Shown here: in pieces, positions 1 to 7,189 of the stretch | Position numbering within the stretch: the stretch's first letter is position 1 | Layout of the letters: the number at the start of each line of letters is the position of its first letter | IMG/VR virus record: IMGVR_UViG_3300048562_000008 | Strand: one strand, 5' to 3' | Length of the DNA: 50,536 nt | From: a virus | Position numbers and translations under genes: made by a program | The notes under the pieces: generated by a model | The model's input: only the letters and a program-made list of their open reading frames with translations | Told to the model about the DNA's origin: nothing | Database searches by the model: none

Positions 1-127
1 TGCCGTCATTTGTGCAGGCGAAGCCGGAGCGAGTTCGCTCCGGAGCACTTCGGTGGAGGAGAACTGGCGCTTCACGACGTGCGCTTCTTCCGGCGGGCCT
101 CAGTCCGCTCCAGCCGCCAGTGCAGCG
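1..127. repeat. 127-bp terminal identity with 50410..50536 (circular closure, assembly overlap or terminal redundancy)
   Basis: Bases 1..127 (tgccgtcatttgtgcagg...ccagtgcagcg) are repeated exactly at 50410..50536. Gene order is continuous across the junction. Confidence 0.9.
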
Positions 128-338
128 TCTGGAGGGCGTGCAGGGTCGCGGCCGGGACGATGTCCTTGACCAGGCTGCGCCCGTCGAGCTTGACCGCCGA
201 TTCCTTCGGCTGCGGCGGCGCCTTTCGCTCGGGCTTCCGGCTCGGGTTGTCCGTGCCATGAACCACGTCGAAGATTGGCATGGGCCGCTTCTTGAGCAGC
301 TCCAGCGGCGTGAGCTTCGGTGACTTTTCGTCGGACAC
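72..338 (-). CDS. hypothetical protein (88 aa) whose C-terminus LHWRLERTEARRKKRTS is shared with 50209..50484
   Basis: GTG start preceded by AAGGAGG. High GC3. The stop lies in a GTGA overlap with the next cassette gene. Confidence 0.65.
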   Translation of the reverse strand: MSDEKSPKLTPLELLKKRPMPIFDVVHGTDNPSRKPERKAPPQPKESAVKLDGRSLVKDIVPAATLHALQTLHWRLERTEARRKKRTS

Positions 339-386
339 GGGAACCTCCTTGTTAGTAGGGCGAGCGCCCCTGACTTCCGGGGATCA

Positions 387-465
387 TGGAGCTGCTCGGA
401 GTCGAACCGAGGTCCGCGGCGTTCCCTCTCGGGCCTTGCGCCACGTCGATGCCGTTCTCAGCCCC
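387..465 (-). ncRNA. tmRNA-like tRNA-like-domain-only RNA (mini-tmRNA / alanine-identity tRNA-like RNA)
   Basis: The minus strand reads GGGGCTGAGAACGGCATCGACGTGGCGCAAGGCCCGAGAGGGAACGCCGCGGACCTCGGTTCGACTCCGAGCAGCTCCA. It forms a 7-bp acceptor stem GGGGCTG/CAGCTCC with G3:U70 and A73, and a T arm CTCGG-TTCGACT-CCGAG preceded by GGAC. The D-analog GGCATCGACG resembles the tmRNA 5' end. There is no anticodon arm and no tag ORF. Confidence 0.6.
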
Positions 466-523
466 GGGGTGGGGTGTGTGGTACGTCAGCGGCCACGGTT
501 AGACGTTACGGCCACCCCGTGCG

Positions 524-730
524 CTACTCGTCGTCCGCCTCGGGAGCGAACGCGCCCTGGCCGTGGCCGATGAGCGCCTCGATCAGGAACCCCACGTCGT
601 GCGCGTCGAGGGCGCAGACGATGGGGGGACGATCCTCGCCCGGCAGGCTCATCGTGAGCAGGATCGTGCCGGGCAGGTCGCCAATCTCCAGCGTGGAACC
701 GCCAGACATCGGGAACTCCATCTTACACAT
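524..730 (-). CDS. hypothetical small acidic protein (68 aa)
   Basis: ORF with very high GC3 in the operon orientation, tightly packed behind the upstream micro-ORF. Confidence 0.6.
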   Translation of the reverse strand: MCKMEFPMSGGSTLEIGDLPGTILLTMSLPGEDRPPIVCALDAHDVGFLIEALIGHGQGAFAPEADDE

Positions 731-736
731 CAGCCC

Positions 737-862
737 TCATTTCTTGTTCGATCCGGGCCGCTTGGTGCCGGATCGAGCGGTTTCGGAGAGCGCGTCCCAC
801 TGCTTGCGACGCAGCTCCAGGTTGGTGAGAGGCCGCTTGCGACCTCCTCGGACTCGTGGCAT
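737..862 (-). CDS. micro-ORF, basic 41-aa protein (MPRVRGGRKRPLTNLELRRKQWDALSETARSGTKRPGSNKK)
   Basis: My own translation; the ORF is below the track cutoff. The ATG sits immediately after the TAG stop of 863..1090, and the ORF fills an otherwise empty 130-nt gap. Confidence 0.4.
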   Translation of the reverse strand: MPRVRGGRKRPLTNLELRRKQWDALSETARSGTKRPGSNKK

Positions 863-1090
863 CTACGGCCTCCTCTTGTTGGGGATGATGACGGTGGCCC
901 CGTCGTTTGGATCGTAGTGGCACCACAGGAGCCACCCGGGCTTGCCGATCTCCGTCACGTACACGTCTCGCCGCTCGGCCATCGACAGCGACCCGGCGTA
1001 CGCGCTGATCGCGTTGAGGGAGGACGAGCTGCGGTCGCCCGCGACGTACCGCCCTCCCTCGTGCTTGACCTTACGGCGTTGCCGGGCCAT
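863..1090 (-). CDS. hypothetical protein (75 aa)
   Basis: Track ORF with high GC3. It overlaps the end of the upstream gene by 20 nt. Confidence 0.55.
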   Translation of the reverse strand: MARQRRKVKHEGGRYVAGDRSSSSLNAISAYAGSLSMAERRDVYVTEIGKPGWLLWCHYDPNDGATVIIPNKRRP

Positions 1091-1298
1091 CGGCCTGCGG
1101 ACGCTTGGCCTTGAGCACGGCCTGCTTCTCGCGCAGGGCGGCCGGGCCTTCGGGGTACCTGTCGACGGTGGCCTTCGGGAGCGTGCCCTCAGCTCCCTCC
1201 ACCCACGGCAGGGTGTACGGGTCGGTGCAGCTCGCCCGGTCGGGGTACGTGACCTTGCCGTCCTCGGCCACGCGCATGGGGAGTCGCGGCCAGCTCAT
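1071..1298 (-). CDS. hypothetical protein (75 aa, MSWPRLPMRV...)
   Basis: The internal ATG forms an ATGA overlap with the stop of 1295..1741. The track ORF 1071..1511 is trimmed to this start. Confidence 0.55.
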   Translation of the reverse strand: MSWPRLPMRVAEDGKVTYPDRASCTDPYTLPWVEGAEGTLPKATVDRYPEGPAALREKQAVLKAKRPQADGPATP

Positions 1299-1741
1299 GC
1301 TTCCGCCACCTTCCAGGTCGTCGGGTGGCCCTCCTCGATGCTGTTGATGGTGCCCGTGCGGTAGCTCTTGACGAGCGGCTCCGGGTGCGTCACGCCGTCC
1401 TTGGACAGCTCGATGCCGACGAGCAGCACGTCGTCCAGGCCCTCCTTGATCGTGACCGGGATGACGTTCCGGCGCGTCCTCGGGTTGCCGAGGTTGCCGT
1501 AGTCGAACCACACCGTCGGGCGCTGGAACGTCGCGTTGGCGATCCCGTCCTCGAACCCCTCGGCGTACCCGCCGTCGGGGGCGTCTGAGTTGAGTGGGCG
1601 CTCGACGCCGCGCAGCACGGCGGTGAGCTGGTCGTACAGCTCGTCGGCCGTGCTCTCGTCCAGGAACACCGGCTCCTGGTCGCCCACCGTGACGGCAAGT
1701 AGGGGCAGGAGCTGGATCTGGCTGACTGAAACTTCGGACAT
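1295..1741 (-). CDS. hypothetical protein (148 aa, MSEVSVSQIQ...)
   Basis: ATG preceded by GGAG. It is the first gene downstream of the consensus promoter at 1772..1801. The track ORF 1295..1891 is trimmed. Confidence 0.7.
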   Translation of the reverse strand: MSEVSVSQIQLLPLLAVTVGDQEPVFLDESTADELYDQLTAVLRGVERPLNSDAPDGGYAEGFEDGIANATFQRPTVWFDYGNLGNPRTRRNVIPVTIKEGLDDVLLVGIELSKDGVTHPEPLVKSYRTGTINSIEEGHPTTWKVAEA

Positions 1742-1771
1742 GGTGAAGTCTCCTCTGTTGGGTGTCCTTCT

Positions 1772-1801
1772 AGTATATCGCGCGAAGGGGGTGTTTGTCA
1801 A
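1772..1801 (-). promoter_or_regulatory. sigma70-type promoter (TTGACA-18-TATACT)
   Basis: The minus strand reads gcccTTGACAaacacccccttcgcgcgaTATACT. It is nearly identical to the sites at 45787..45816 and 48321..48350. Confidence 0.75.
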
Positions 1802-1826
1802 GGGCTTACGCCCACCCCCTCGCGAC

Positions 1827-2690
1827 CTAGTAGTTGCAGTAGTCGCAGGCGTCGTCCCACGCGCCCTCGCCGTCGCCCCACAGGTCACCATCGTCCTCGT
1901 AGTCGTACGGCTTGACTGCCGTGGTGTACGGCTGGTCGATGATGTCGATGACGACGTACCGGCACGTGCGCATCTTCTGCGCGGAGCAGTCGGTCGGGAC
2001 GCTCACCACGTCGCGCGGGTGGACATGCACCTCCAGGAGCGCGCCCTGGGCGAACCCGTTGGCGTACTCGTAGGTGCCGACGTGCAGACCGGTGTGGCAG
2101 CCGACGCTCGGGTCGTGCTGAACCTCACCGCGCGGCATCTCGATGACGCTGCCGAGGTTGTTCGGGATCGCCCCGCTGACCTCGACGCCGTCCACGATGG
2201 CCCGGCCGCGGTTGATGGACTCGTAGCCCTCGCCGGTCGGGCGCACGCCCTTGTACCCGACGATCATGCCGTCGACCGTGATGGTGAAGGCCCCCGCGGC
2301 GAGCCAGGCGTAGAGCTGCTCGCGGCTGTGCTCGTTCGGGTTGCTCTGCACGTTCTCGAAGAACCTGACCAGCGGCAGCCAGTCGTTGACGCCCTCGTCC
2401 AGGAACCGGAGCACCTGCTCGGTGAGCGCGTTCGCGATCTCCTCGCCGTCGAGGTACAGCCGACCGTTCTTGGTCGTGACCCGCTCGGAGAGCCGCTCGA
2501 ACTTCTGGCCCACCGTGGCGGCGACATCGAACAGGGCGACGATGCTCTCGTCGTTGGCGAGTGCCAGCGCGACGATCTTCGCGAAGTTGGGGTGCGTGCT
2601 GTGGGCGACCTGCGGTGCAGCGCCCGGGACGAACACGACGATGTTGGAGTCGCCGTCGTCGTTACCGATGAGGGTGAACTGAACTGACAT
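1827..2690 (-). CDS. rIIB: rIIB-like protein
   Basis: The C-terminal block LLEVHVHPRDVVSVPTDCSAQKMRTCRYVVIDII matches T4 rIIB VVKVKVHPRDVVSIPIDYNDAKMRTCQYEVVEDV, recalled from memory. It lies directly downstream of the rIIA homolog. ATG at 2690 with a GAAGGGAG RBS. Confidence 0.85.
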   Translation of the reverse strand: MSVQFTLIGNDDGDSNIVVFVPGAAPQVAHSTHPNFAKIVALALANDESIVALFDVAATVGQKFERLSERVTTKNGRLYLDGEEIANALTEQVLRFLDEGVNDWLPLVRFFENVQSNPNEHSREQLYAWLAAGAFTITVDGMIVGYKGVRPTGEGYESINRGRAIVDGVEVSGAIPNNLGSVIEMPRGEVQHDPSVGCHTGLHVGTYEYANGFAQGALLEVHVHPRDVVSVPTDCSAQKMRTCRYVVIDIIDQPYTTAVKPYDYEDDGDLWGDGEGAWDDACDYCNY

Positions 2691-2695
2691 AGGAG

Positions 2696-4660
2696 TCAGC
2701 TCCCTTCTGCGGCGTGCGCCGCGTTGATGTAGGTGACGGCATGCTTGAGTATGTCGCCGTACAGGTCGTACTGCGGAGCGAGCAGCGGGTACTTGTCGAG
2801 CGGGTTGTCGGGCACCTTCGGAGCCTCCACCCAGGAGGCCCAGGTGACGAGCTGGGTCTTGATCGCCTTCGTGTCGTGGGTCGCGAGCTTGATGCCCTCG
2901 ACCACGGCGGGGTCGGTCACGCCGGTGAGCTTCTTGAGCTTGTTCAGCTCGCGGTTGCCCACGGTGCGCTGGAACTGCGCCGCCTTGAGGGTGTAGGCGT
3001 CCCACCCCTTAACGACCTGCTTGACGTAGGCCGCGGCGTACTGCGTCACGCTCTGCGCCATCGGGAAGTCACGCTTGAACTTCTCGACGCGGTTCGCTTC
3101 GAGGCAGACCACCAGCATGTCCTCGGGGATCATGCCGAGACGCACCTCGTTGCTGTTCTGGAGCGACCAGCGGTTGCCCTGGTAGTATAGCACAGGCTTG
3201 CTGGTGTCGATTTTCTCGGCCAGGATCGGGGCGTCCCAGCGCCCGGCCACCCGGCCCTTGTACGCGCCGCGCGGCCCAGCCTTGCGCGGGTTCGCGGGAT
3301 CGCGGGGGAGCTTGATCGCGTCGATGGTCGCCCAGTCGATGACGGTCGCGCCCTCCAGCCAGAACCGCTCGGTCGCGTTGAAGCGGCCGGGCACGAACAC
3401 GTACCGGGCCGTGTTGTCCGGGATGCCTCCGTTCTTCGCCCAGTAGTAGTCGAGCTTGGCGCGCTTCGTGGCGGTGAATGTTGCGCCCTCGAAGTTCTCG
3501 AAGTAGATGTTGGCGAGGTCGATGTTGGCCGCGCTCTGCCACGATCCGGTCAGCCTGTAGGTGCTGCTTCGGTGCGGTGTGGCGACCAGGTACGTCTCGG
3601 CCGCCTGCCGGACGTGGCCCTGGGCGTCGGTCGGTTCGCGGGAGAGGTCGCCCTGCATGGGCCTGCCGCGGTACGACGCCTCGACGGTGAGGCCAATGAC
3701 GCGCGCCTGCTGCCAGATACGGATGGCCGCAACGGGCGTCTCGGCCGCTGCTATGTTCGCGAGGAGAGCGTCGTTGAGCCTGCTGTCGCGCTCGACCTTG
3801 AGCGCCTCCAGGGTGTCCTTCGTGAGCTTGGTCATCTGGAGCGCCTCACGGCTCGGGGTGAACTGCACCGCCCCGATGGGCACGAAGGCCACCGTGTGAT
3901 CCCGCCGGTAGTACGGGCGGCGATTGTTTTTGTCCGCCGACAGCGGATCGTCCGCGACGGGGTAGGGCACGTTCCCCATGACCACGGTGTCCTCGGACAC
4001 CTCGGTCGTGATGAGGATGCTGTCGGTGATCCACTGGCCGTCGATGCGCTTCGGCTCCTCGCCGTTGACCAGCACGGTGCCGGGCTGCCAGAAGCGGAAG
4101 AACTCGTGCGCCTTGCTCTCGAACTTGTGGTGGCGCTTCGCGGGGATCGTGACCTCCACGCCCGGCAGGTCGTCGGTGTCGTGCTCGGCCACGATGGTCA
4201 TGCTGCCCGCGCCGTCCTCGTCCCGGCCGATGAGCACCTGGATCATGCGTCCGTCCTTGATGCCGGTGAGCGTGAACTGGTCGGTGTAGGTCAGGGCCGA
4301 CTTGCAGCCGAGGCCCAGCATCCCCACCACGTCGTTGCTCTGGCGCTTCGTGCTCGTGCCGTAGCGGGAATAGATGTCCCGGATGCCGTCGCCGTCCAGG
4401 CCGATGCCGTAGTCCCGGATGCGCAGGAAGGGCGACAGGGGGCTGGGGAGCGTGACCTCGATGGGGCGCTTCGTCCCGGCCTCGATGTGGCTGTCCAGCG
4501 CGTTCGTGCTGTACTCCCGGATGACGGCGGCCTCGGGGTCGGAGTAGAGGTCGGTGAGCACCGACATGATGTGCGCGAGCGCGCTCGTGTCGATGGTCAT
4601 GCCGACCTTCTCGCCGCTCACGTGGCCCTGTACGTCGAGCACTCTGTCAACTACCTTCAT
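2696..4660 (-). CDS. rIIA: rIIA-like protein with an N-terminal GHKL (HATPase_c) ATPase fold
   Basis: The motifs LYSDPEAAVIREYSTNALDSH, DYGIGL, GMLGLGCKSALTYTDQFTLT and FTPSREAL align with T4 rIIA [41 protein letters not shown] and APSREAL, recalled from memory. Confidence 0.9.
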   Translation of the reverse strand: MKVVDRVLDVQGHVSGEKVGMTIDTSALAHIMSVLTDLYSDPEAAVIREYSTNALDSHIEAGTKRPIEVTLPSPLSPFLRIRDYGIGLDGDGIRDIYSRYGTSTKRQSNDVVGMLGLGCKSALTYTDQFTLTGIKDGRMIQVLIGRDEDGAGSMTIVAEHDTDDLPGVEVTIPAKRHHKFESKAHEFFRFWQPGTVLVNGEEPKRIDGQWITDSILITTEVSEDTVVMGNVPYPVADDPLSADKNNRRPYYRRDHTVAFVPIGAVQFTPSREALQMTKLTKDTLEALKVERDSRLNDALLANIAAAETPVAAIRIWQQARVIGLTVEASYRGRPMQGDLSREPTDAQGHVRQAAETYLVATPHRSSTYRLTGSWQSAANIDLANIYFENFEGATFTATKRAKLDYYWAKNGGIPDNTARYVFVPGRFNATERFWLEGATVIDWATIDAIKLPRDPANPRKAGPRGAYKGRVAGRWDAPILAEKIDTSKPVLYYQGNRWSLQNSNEVRLGMIPEDMLVVCLEANRVEKFKRDFPMAQSVTQYAAAYVKQVVKGWDAYTLKAAQFQRTVGNRELNKLKKLTGVTDPAVVEGIKLATHDTKAIKTQLVTWASWVEAPKVPDNPLDKYPLLAPQYDLYGDILKHAVTYINAAHAAEGS

Positions 4661-4691
4661 GGGTCGAGCCTCCTTGCTGCGTGGTACAGTA

Positions 4692-4721
4692 AGTATATCG
4701 CGTTAGGGTGGTGTCTGTCAA
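4692..4721 (-). promoter_or_regulatory. sigma70-type promoter (TTGACA-18-TATACT) upstream of rIIA
   Basis: The minus strand reads tacTTGACAgacaccaccctaacgcgaTATACT, about 30 nt upstream of the rIIA start. Confidence 0.7.
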
Positions 4722-4823
4722 GTACGCCTTACACAATCCTTACACCACCGACCACGCGCCCCCAGGGAGCGCCGTCGCGCGGTCGTTGGCCGGAATCACC
4801 GCCGATTCTGTCAGGTGCGGCGG

Positions 4824-5120
4824 TCATTCCCCGTCCTTGACCTCGATCTTCCTGGCCGGTGCGGCCGTTGTCGGAACCTTGCTCTCGTCCAGCTCGTACC
4901 AGCCGTCGCTGTCGACGCCGAGGTACGTCCGGCTCATCGGGATGCCCTCGGGCGCCCATCGGCCGTCTGTTTCCCAGTGCGCGCGCATCACGTACGCGCC
5001 GCTCACGGGGAAGCCGTCCCGCTCGATGATGCGTGCGAGACGATCCTCGACCTCATCACGTCCGCCCGCGGCGATGACGCTGCCGTTCGGCGCGGTCAGG
5101 GTGTGCTTGTCCCAGTACAT
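4824..5120 (-). CDS. hypothetical protein (98 aa, MYWDKHTL...)
   Basis: ATG preceded by GGAG, 1 nt after the stop of 5122..5385. The track ORF 4824..5237 is trimmed. Confidence 0.65.
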   Translation of the reverse strand: MYWDKHTLTAPNGSVIAAGGRDEVEDRLARIIERDGFPVSGAYVMRAHWETDGRWAPEGIPMSRTYLGVDSDGWYELDESKVPTTAAPARKIEVKDGE

Positions 5121-5121
5121 G

Positions 5122-5385
5122 CTATCGCTCCTGGTCGCGGGTGGATTCGTCGTTCTCGCTCGCTTGGTGCCCGTAGCACGTCGCCAGGTACTCATCCTGG
5201 GCCTCGTGCCACGCCTGCTCGTCCGGCGGGAGGGCATCGCCGTTCTCGTCCAGCCCGCCCTCGCCTCGCGGCATCGCGGTCGTGGCGTACTGCGCGCCGC
5301 AGTACCGGCAAGCGTTCCAGTCCAGCGCGCCCAGCGTGCCTGTCCAGCGCACCGCGGTCGATCCGCACTGCGGGCATCCGATCAT
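5122..5385 (-). CDS. zinc-ribbon protein (87 aa, MIGCPQCGS...CRYCG)
   Basis: CxxC...CxxC motif. AAGGAG RBS. The track ORF is trimmed to the RBS-supported ATG. Confidence 0.65.
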   Translation of the reverse strand: MIGCPQCGSTAVRWTGTLGALDWNACRYCGAQYATTAMPRGEGGLDENGDALPPDEQAWHEAQDEYLATCYGHQASENDESTRDQER

Positions 5386-5501
5386 CGTACACGCTCCTTC
5401 GTCGTGGTGGGTACAGTGTAGCATGCCTTGACGCGCTTGTCAAGGATGCGCTTCTCGCGCTTGCGCTTCTCGCACAGGCGGCGGTACATGTCGTTGGTCA
5501 T
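5382..5501 (-). CDS. possible micro-ORF (39 aa, MTNDMYRRLCEKRKREKRILDKRVKACYTVPTTTKERVR)
   Basis: ATGA overlap with the next gene and a start 9 nt after the previous stop. However, it fully contains the promoter-like site at 5415..5443, so the two calls may be alternatives. Confidence 0.3.
   Translation of the reverse strand: MTNDMYRRLCEKRKREKRILDKRVKACYTVPTTTKERVR
5415..5443 (-). promoter_or_regulatory. sigma70-type promoter (TTGACA-17-TACACT)
   Basis: The minus strand reads tccTTGACAagcgcgtcaaggcatgcTACACTgt. Confidence 0.55.
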
Positions 5502-5510
5502 CGTGTCCCC

Positions 5511-6083
5511 CTACTCCTCGATGTCGTGGATGTCCACCAGCTTGACGCGCGTGCCGTCCGGCCGTGTCATTGCCTCGCGGCCGATTGTCCAGATGATCGC
5601 TTGCAGGTCGCGCACGCTCTCGTCCAGCTCCGCAGCGGCCTCGCGGTACAGTCGTTCGGCCTCGCGCCGGTTGCCCACGCTGGTCGCGTCGCTCCCTGTC
5701 GCCAGCCGGAGCGCCCATCGGTCGAGCACGAGCGCGCCCGTGTCGCCCATGATCGCATCGTAGAACGGCCGCACCTTGTCGCCGGTCACGTGCTGCGACG
5801 GCTGCGGCGCGTGCCACGCCTTCCAGCACTGCGCGCCCATCCGTACGGGGTACCGGCCAACCTTCGCGCCAGGGGACGCTGCCCACGCGCGCGCCCATCG
5901 CAGGTTCGTGACTAGCTGCGTGTCGGGCGACGTGATGGCGAGCACTGCGGCGACTCGTGCCGTCGTGCTGCCGTACTGCCGCGCGATGGCCGCGCACTTG
6001 CGGCGGGTCGCAGGGTACCATGCTCGGCCGCGCTCGTGCTGCGCGGTCGTGCCGCTGCGGTACAGTGTGACGAGCGGATTCAT
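5511..6083 (-). CDS. hypothetical protein (190 aa)
   Basis: Track ORF with high GC3 and a 4-nt overlap with the upstream gene. I recognise no motif in it. Confidence 0.7.
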   Translation of the reverse strand: MNPLVTLYRSGTTAQHERGRAWYPATRRKCAAIARQYGSTTARVAAVLAITSPDTQLVTNLRWARAWAASPGAKVGRYPVRMGAQCWKAWHAPQPSQHVTGDKVRPFYDAIMGDTGALVLDRWALRLATGSDATSVGNRREAERLYREAAAELDESVRDLQAIIWTIGREAMTRPDGTRVKLVDIHDIEE

Positions 6084-6415
6084 CGTGCCGACTCCCGCGT
6101 GCCTGCGACGAATCCCACGTGGTCGACCGTCTCGACCGTGACGAGGACGCAGTCCTGATTCAGGTCGTCGGCAAGCTCACACGCCACGTGCTCTAGCCAC
6201 GTCGTGCAGTCTGCGGCGTACAGCGATTCATATCGCGCCGATTCGTCGCGGACGATGCGCGCGTCGTCGTCCAGCCACGCGCCCACGATGACCGTCGCGG
6301 AGAATCCGCCGAACCGTGCGAGTAGCGCGCGCTCCAGCCTTGCGTGCGCTGCCGTCGTCACGTCGTCGGGCAGTCCCGGTACGCGCGTCGGTAGGATGAT
6401 GGTATGCCGGTACAC
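6080..6415 (-). CDS. hypothetical protein (111 aa, VYRHTIILPT...)
   Basis: GTG start with a GAGAGGA RBS. The track ORF 6080..6472 is trimmed. Confidence 0.5.
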   Translation of the reverse strand: MYRHTIILPTRVPGLPDDVTTAAHARLERALLARFGGFSATVIVGAWLDDDARIVRDESARYESLYAADCTTWLEHVACELADDLNQDCVLVTVETVDHVGFVAGTRESAR

Positions 6416-6471
6416 GTCAGTCCTCTCGGTCGTGGGTAGACACAGTGTAGTCGAGTCGTGCGGGTCGCGCA

Positions 6472-6494
6472 TCCGTAGTAACTACTGATTCTCG
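6472..6494. repeat. 23-bp perfect direct repeat, copy 1 (tccgtagtaactactgattctcg), containing the palindrome GTAGT-A-ACTAC
   Basis: Identical to 6694..6716. It covers the last four codons plus stop (ENQ*) of 6482..6664 and the 10 nt downstream. Confidence 0.9.
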
Positions 6495-6664
6495 TCCAGC
6501 TCCCGCACGCCCCACGCGCTGTTCCGGTTGGCGCGGCCTTCGCGCTCATTGCGCTCCCGCGCCGCGCGCTGTATGGCCTCGCGCGGCAACCCGGTGAAGG
6601 CATGCTCGATGCGCAGCACGCGGCCGGTGGCCCTGTTCCAGAAGATCAGCTGATGCTTTCTCAT
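6482..6664 (-). CDS. hypothetical protein (60 aa)
   Basis: Track ORF with high GC3. It ends in ENQ* inside the 23-bp repeat. Confidence 0.55.
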   Translation of the reverse strand: MRKHQLIFWNRATGRVLRIEHAFTGLPREAIQRAARERNEREGRANRNSAWGVRELDENQ

Positions 6665-6693
6665 CAGTGTACTCGCTTTCGGTCGGGGTGTCG

Positions 6694-6716
6694 TCCGTAG
6701 TAACTACTGATTCTCG
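6694..6716. repeat. 23-bp perfect direct repeat, copy 2
   Basis: Identical to 6472..6494. It covers the last codons (ENQ*) of 6704..7027. Confidence 0.9.
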
Positions 6717-7027
6717 CGGACGGCTTGCGCGGCGGCTCGGATGCCCTTGCGGGACTTGACTCCGCGGGCGACCACGTCCGCGCGGTCGAGCATCGCGTCC
6801 GACAGGGTACCGCCGTTCCGCTTGCGCGCCGTGCGGAGCCGCGCGGGGTCGAGATGGAGAACCGTGACGGATGAGCGGAGCTTGCCGCGCGGAACGCTCG
6901 TGCGGGGCTTGCGGACGTAGCTCGCGAGGTGCCGAGCGCCTGCGTTCGGATTGCCGTGCCGTCGGGTGTCGTCGGGCGACGGGGGCGCGTGTGGGTGGAC
7001 AAGTTGCGGGCGGGATAGGGTAGACAT
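6704..7027 (-). CDS. hypothetical basic protein (107 aa, MSTLSRPQL...)
   Basis: ATG preceded by GGAG. It is the first gene of the leftward block. The track ORF 6704..7060 is trimmed. Confidence 0.6.
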   Translation of the reverse strand: MSTLSRPQLVHPHAPPSPDDTRRHGNPNAGARHLASYVRKPRTSVPRGKLRSSVTVLHLDPARLRTARKRNGGTLSDAMLDRADVVARGVKSRKGIRAAAQAVRENQ

Positions 7028-7189
7028 GGTCGCTCCATTCGTCGCGCGGATAGGGTTCACTTGGTGTGTGGATACAGCGTAGTCGATTGCGTCGGCGCGC
7101 GTGTAAAGACTTTGTAAGGATACGGGGGTCGTGAGGGGTAGCCCCGTTCGCTGTCATCGGTGCCCATAGCTGACGACACCCCGTCGATT

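Noticed and set aside
1536-2687. Long antisense or alternative-frame ORFs in the track. Examples: 1536..2687(+), 3572..4840(+), 13230..14384(-), 21140..22384(-), 24840..26417(-), 29251..30636(-), 31009..32109(-), 39380..40654(+), 42499..43317 upstream part.
   Set aside because: They are typical high-GC shadow ORFs. They are Arg/Pro/Gly/Ala-rich, lack an RBS, and lie opposite or out of frame to ORFs with recognisable motifs (rIIB, rIIA, capsid, tail, primase-helicase).
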